Positions 7,067 to 9,508 of a DNA stretch of 9,508 nt are shown here, one piece after another. Both the position numbers and the translations under genes were made by a program. The notes below the pieces were generated by a model. That model was not told the origin of the DNA. It ran no database searches and saw only the letters and a program-made list of their open reading frames with translations. Within the stretch, counting starts at the first letter, position 1. Every line of letters begins with the position of its first letter. Source of the DNA: Candidatus Helarchaeota ASGARD archaeon Hel_GB_B (GTDB taxonomy: Archaea > Asgardarchaeota > Lokiarchaeia > Helarchaeales > HEL-GB-B); NCBI GenBank assembly GCA_005191425.1, contig SUPR01000118.1:1-9508 (forward strand). Direction: 5' to 3'.

Positions 7067-7965
7067 TGACAGTGGATAAGATGTTAGAAGTTTCCATTTT
7101 TCCAGCTTTTGAAAATTGTTGTGATAATCCCGATATAATAGAATATGAAGGTAATTATATCTGTCAGAACTGCGGCTTAGTACATGGCCCAGTGATTTTA
7201 ATGAATGAAAAAAGAATATTTACCCCATCCGATGTTGAGACGCGGAAACAGAATGAGCCAGTAACTAAAGTAGGTGCTCGTACGATGATTTTAAATAAAG
7301 GTATTAAGGATTCTAATGGTACAATTTTGGACGCAAAAAAGAGAATGAAATTTGCCAAGCTTTCTAAGATAAATAATTCATATTCCACTACATATGAAAG
7401 AAATCTTACAATAGCAACACCAAAATTAAAAAACTTTTGCGCAAAATTAGGGCTACCTAACTCAATAGTAGACGAAACATTATATTACTATTCAAAAGCT
7501 GTTAAAAAACGACTGACAATGGGAAAATCTATTGAATGTCTAATATGTGCTTGTATATATTTGACTACAAGGTTAAGAAAACTACCAAGAAGTTTGGAAG
7601 AAATTTCAAATACCTGCGAAATCTCTGTTAAAAGTATAAGAAGAACTTATCGTATGTTATTAAAATATTTAGAGATCCCAAATTTAAAACCTATAGACCA
7701 TAGTCAGTATATAGCAAGATATGGAGAGGAACTTGGAATTAGCCTGGAAATACAAAAAAGAGCAATAGAAATTATAGAAAATGCAAAATCTGACCCTGAT
7801 ATCAAAGTATTAGGTAAAGACCCTAAAGGATTTGCAGCTGCAGCATTATATATCGCATGTAAAGAAGCAAAAAAATCAAAAAGCCAAGCATTACTTTCTC
7901 AAGTAGCCCATGTATCGGAAGTAACATTAAGGTACAGGATAAGAAACTTAAAAAAGCAAAATTAA
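7066..7965 (+). CDS. tfb: Transcription initiation factor IIB (archaeal TFB) paralog, 299 aa
   Basis: N-terminal Zn ribbon (CC...ICQNCGLV), B-reader/linker, ERNL, and two cyclin folds (GKSIECLICACIY...LPRSLEEI; GKDPKGFAAAALYIAC). The C-terminal HTH SQALLSQVAHVSEVTLRYR resembles canonical TQREVAEVAxVTEVTVRNR. True start is ATG 7066 (SD plus overlap) rather than TTG 7048. Confidence 0.95.
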   Translation: MTVDKMLEVSIFPAFENCCDNPDIIEYEGNYICQNCGLVHGPVILMNEKRIFTPSDVETRKQNEPVTKVGARTMILNKGIKDSNGTILDAKKRMKFAKLSKINNSYSTTYERNLTIATPKLKNFCAKLGLPNSIVDETLYYYSKAVKKRLTMGKSIECLICACIYLTTRLRKLPRSLEEISNTCEISVKSIRRTYRMLLKYLEIPNLKPIDHSQYIARYGEELGISLEIQKRAIEIIENAKSDPDIKVLGKDPKGFAAAALYIACKEAKKSKSQALLSQVAHVSEVTLRYRIRNLKKQN

Positions 7966-7975
7966 TTTATTTTTT
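7966..7975 (+). terminator. Possible archaeal oligo-T terminator after tfb
   Basis: TTTATTTTTT immediately follows the tfb stop. Weak evidence, because T-runs are common in this AT-rich DNA. Confidence 0.3.
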
Positions 7976-8072
7976 AAATTGCTACACAAAACTTATTGGT
8001 CTATTTATATTTAATTTTCCATTAATCATTTTATTTTAAAATTATTATTAATCATTAATTATTCAAAAATAG

Positions 8073-8090
8073 TTAGAACATAAGTTCTAA
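8073..8090. promoter_or_regulatory. Inverted repeat TTAGAAC-N4-GTTCTAA (possible operator or hairpin)
   Basis: Perfect 7-bp arms (8073-8079, 8084-8090) in the tfb-phosphoesterase spacer. Function unknown. Confidence 0.3.
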
Positions 8091-8463
8091 TTAGTTTATA
8101 ATAACAATTCAATGCTTAATAGCTGAATATAAATTGGCAGAATGCCTCAAAACCTACTTTTTTATATTTAATGTTCTTATCAAATTTTTGTTAGAGGTCA
8201 AGATGAATTTTGGAGTTTTAAGAGCAAATTAAATATCATTCTGACTTTAATTAAATAATACTTTGACTTTAAACTTTATATTATTGTGATTTATATGCAA
8301 TTTTTAAAGAATTATGATAACTTGTAAGGCTAAATTATTGTTCCTATTTTTTATTAATTCGCATTATATAATTTAAAAAGATAAATATTTTTTTAGGAAA
8401 GAATAATTTATATTTCAATATTACAATACTGAATTAATTAATGAATTTATTTTGGTAATTTAA

Positions 8464-9508
8464 ATGAAAAAAGAACCGATAATTGTGGCTATTAAAAAAT
8501 CAGTTTTATTTTGTCTGATACTTTTAATAGTTTACGCAGCTCTATTTCTTAATTCAATAGGTCCATGGTTAATGACAAAAAATCTTAAGTATCCATTATT
8601 AACATTCATTGGAGATACAAAGACTTCAATGGGAATATCATTTGAAACGCCAGTAAAATGCAAAGCGACTATTTATTATGGGGAAAACACATCATTAATG
8701 GAAGTTCCCTTGACTGAAACTTCAGCCAGAATGATACACAAATTTAATTTAACTGGATTGAGACCAAGCACCGAATATTATTATCTGATAAATTCAACCA
8801 CAGTAAATTATGATTTTATGAATAAAATATTCCATTTTAAAACAGCACCAAATGCTTCGCTGAGCTTACCAGTAAGGTTTGCTGTTTTTGGAGATACTCG
8901 GCCGGATATTTGGGGAAATACACAACATTCTTATATAATAAGTAAAATGATAACACATAATCCTACATTTATAATGAATGTTGGAGATATTGTAATGGGG
9001 CCAAGTTATGCAAATGAATGGGATAGATTTTATTACGAAACATATCAATGCACATTACATGGTATCCCATATATGGTAACGATGGGAAATCACGAAGAGC
9101 ATGAGGGTCCAGGTGGAATGGAAGATAAGGGCAGGACATATTATAAATATATGCATTTTCCAGATACAAATTTCTATTATCATTTTAATTATAGTAATAT
9201 AATGGTTATAAGTCTTAATATAGCCGACCCAGATAATATAACACAGGCTCAAATAAACTGGTTAAATAATACACTTTTTGAAGCAAATAAAAGTAGCGAT
9301 ATCGATTGGATTTTTGTATTCTCACATTATCCGCCATATAGTTCGACCGAAAATACACCAAGTATTATCAACAAAATAGTCCCTTTAATTAAATTGTACA
9401 AAGTAGATATTTATTTTTCAGCTCATCATCACCATTATGAGAGGATAATAAAAGACGGCATAACCTATATTATTACTGGAGGTGGAGGAGCAGAAACAGA
9501 TTTATATT
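8464..9508 (+). CDS. Membrane-anchored purple acid phosphatase-family metallophosphoesterase with N-terminal FN3-like domain (3' end beyond window)
   Basis: Translated by hand: open from ATG 8464 to the window edge, and absent from the ORF track because it has no stop. It has an N-terminal hydrophobic anchor (VLFCLILLIVYAALFL) and an FN3-like LTGLRPSTEYYY...FKTAP segment. Calcineurin-like motifs: FGDTR (8887-8901), VGDIV (8980-8994), GNHE (9085-9096), VFSHYPPY, SAHHHHYER (9418-9444), YIITGGGGA. Confidence 0.92.
   Translation, partial: MKKEPIIVAIKKSVLFCLILLIVYAALFLNSIGPWLMTKNLKYPLLTFIGDTKTSMGISFETPVKCKATIYYGENTSLMEVPLTETSARMIHKFNLTGLRPSTEYYYLINSTTVNYDFMNKIFHFKTAPNASLSLPVRFAVFGDTRPDIWGNTQHSYIISKMITHNPTFIMNVGDIVMGPSYANEWDRFYYETYQCTLHGIPYMVTMGNHEEHEGPGGMEDKGRTYYKYMHFPDTNFYYHFNYSNIMVISLNIADPDNITQAQINWLNNTLFEANKSSDIDWIFVFSHYPPYSSTENTPSIINKIVPLIKLYKVDIYFSAHHHHYERIIKDGITYIITGGGGAETDLY

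Noticed and set aside
6821-7388. Minus-strand ORFs 6821-7018 and 7164-7388
   Set aside because: Shadows of the zinc-ribbon and tfb genes.
8866-9252. Three short minus-strand ORFs (60-66 aa)
   Set aside because: All are antisense to the metallophosphoesterase CDS, which has a full motif set on the plus strand.
1-9508. tRNA/rRNA, CRISPR array, transposase/integrase or viral hallmark genes
   Set aside because: No GC-rich structured RNA segment, regular repeat-spacer array, terminal inverted repeats or recombinase/capsid motifs were seen. A tfb paralog alone is not evidence of a provirus.

Overview
Very AT-rich archaeal DNA (by eye about a quarter G+C, with spacers much lower). An Asgard archaeon (Loki/Hel-like) is a plausible source, but that is inference from the divergent CC-type TFB, zinc-ribbon-rich proteins, GTGA(T)/GGAGG ribosome-binding sites and long spacers. 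Seven coding units: (1) an 88-aa protein with 8 Cys in its first 36 residues; (2) a minus-strand nitronate monooxygenase/FabK-like flavoenzyme lacking the usual catalytic His; (3) a ~680-aa almost pure coiled-coil protein with no globular domain; (4) a DUF1624/HGSNAT-like membrane acyltransferase interrupted by one in-frame TGA; (5) a 27-Cys multi-zinc-ribbon protein whose first ribbon resembles TFS/TFIIS without the acidic tip; (6) a divergent TFB paralog coupled to (5) by a TAATG overlap; (7) a membrane-anchored purple-acid-phosphatase-family metallophosphoesterase that runs off the right edge and is missing from the ORF track. No rRNA, tRNA, CRISPR array or mobile element is visible. The best candidate for an undescribed system is the zinc-ribbon + TFB two-gene unit with its palindromic promoter element. 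The long coiled coil, the Cys-rich miniprotein and the in-frame TGA come next.
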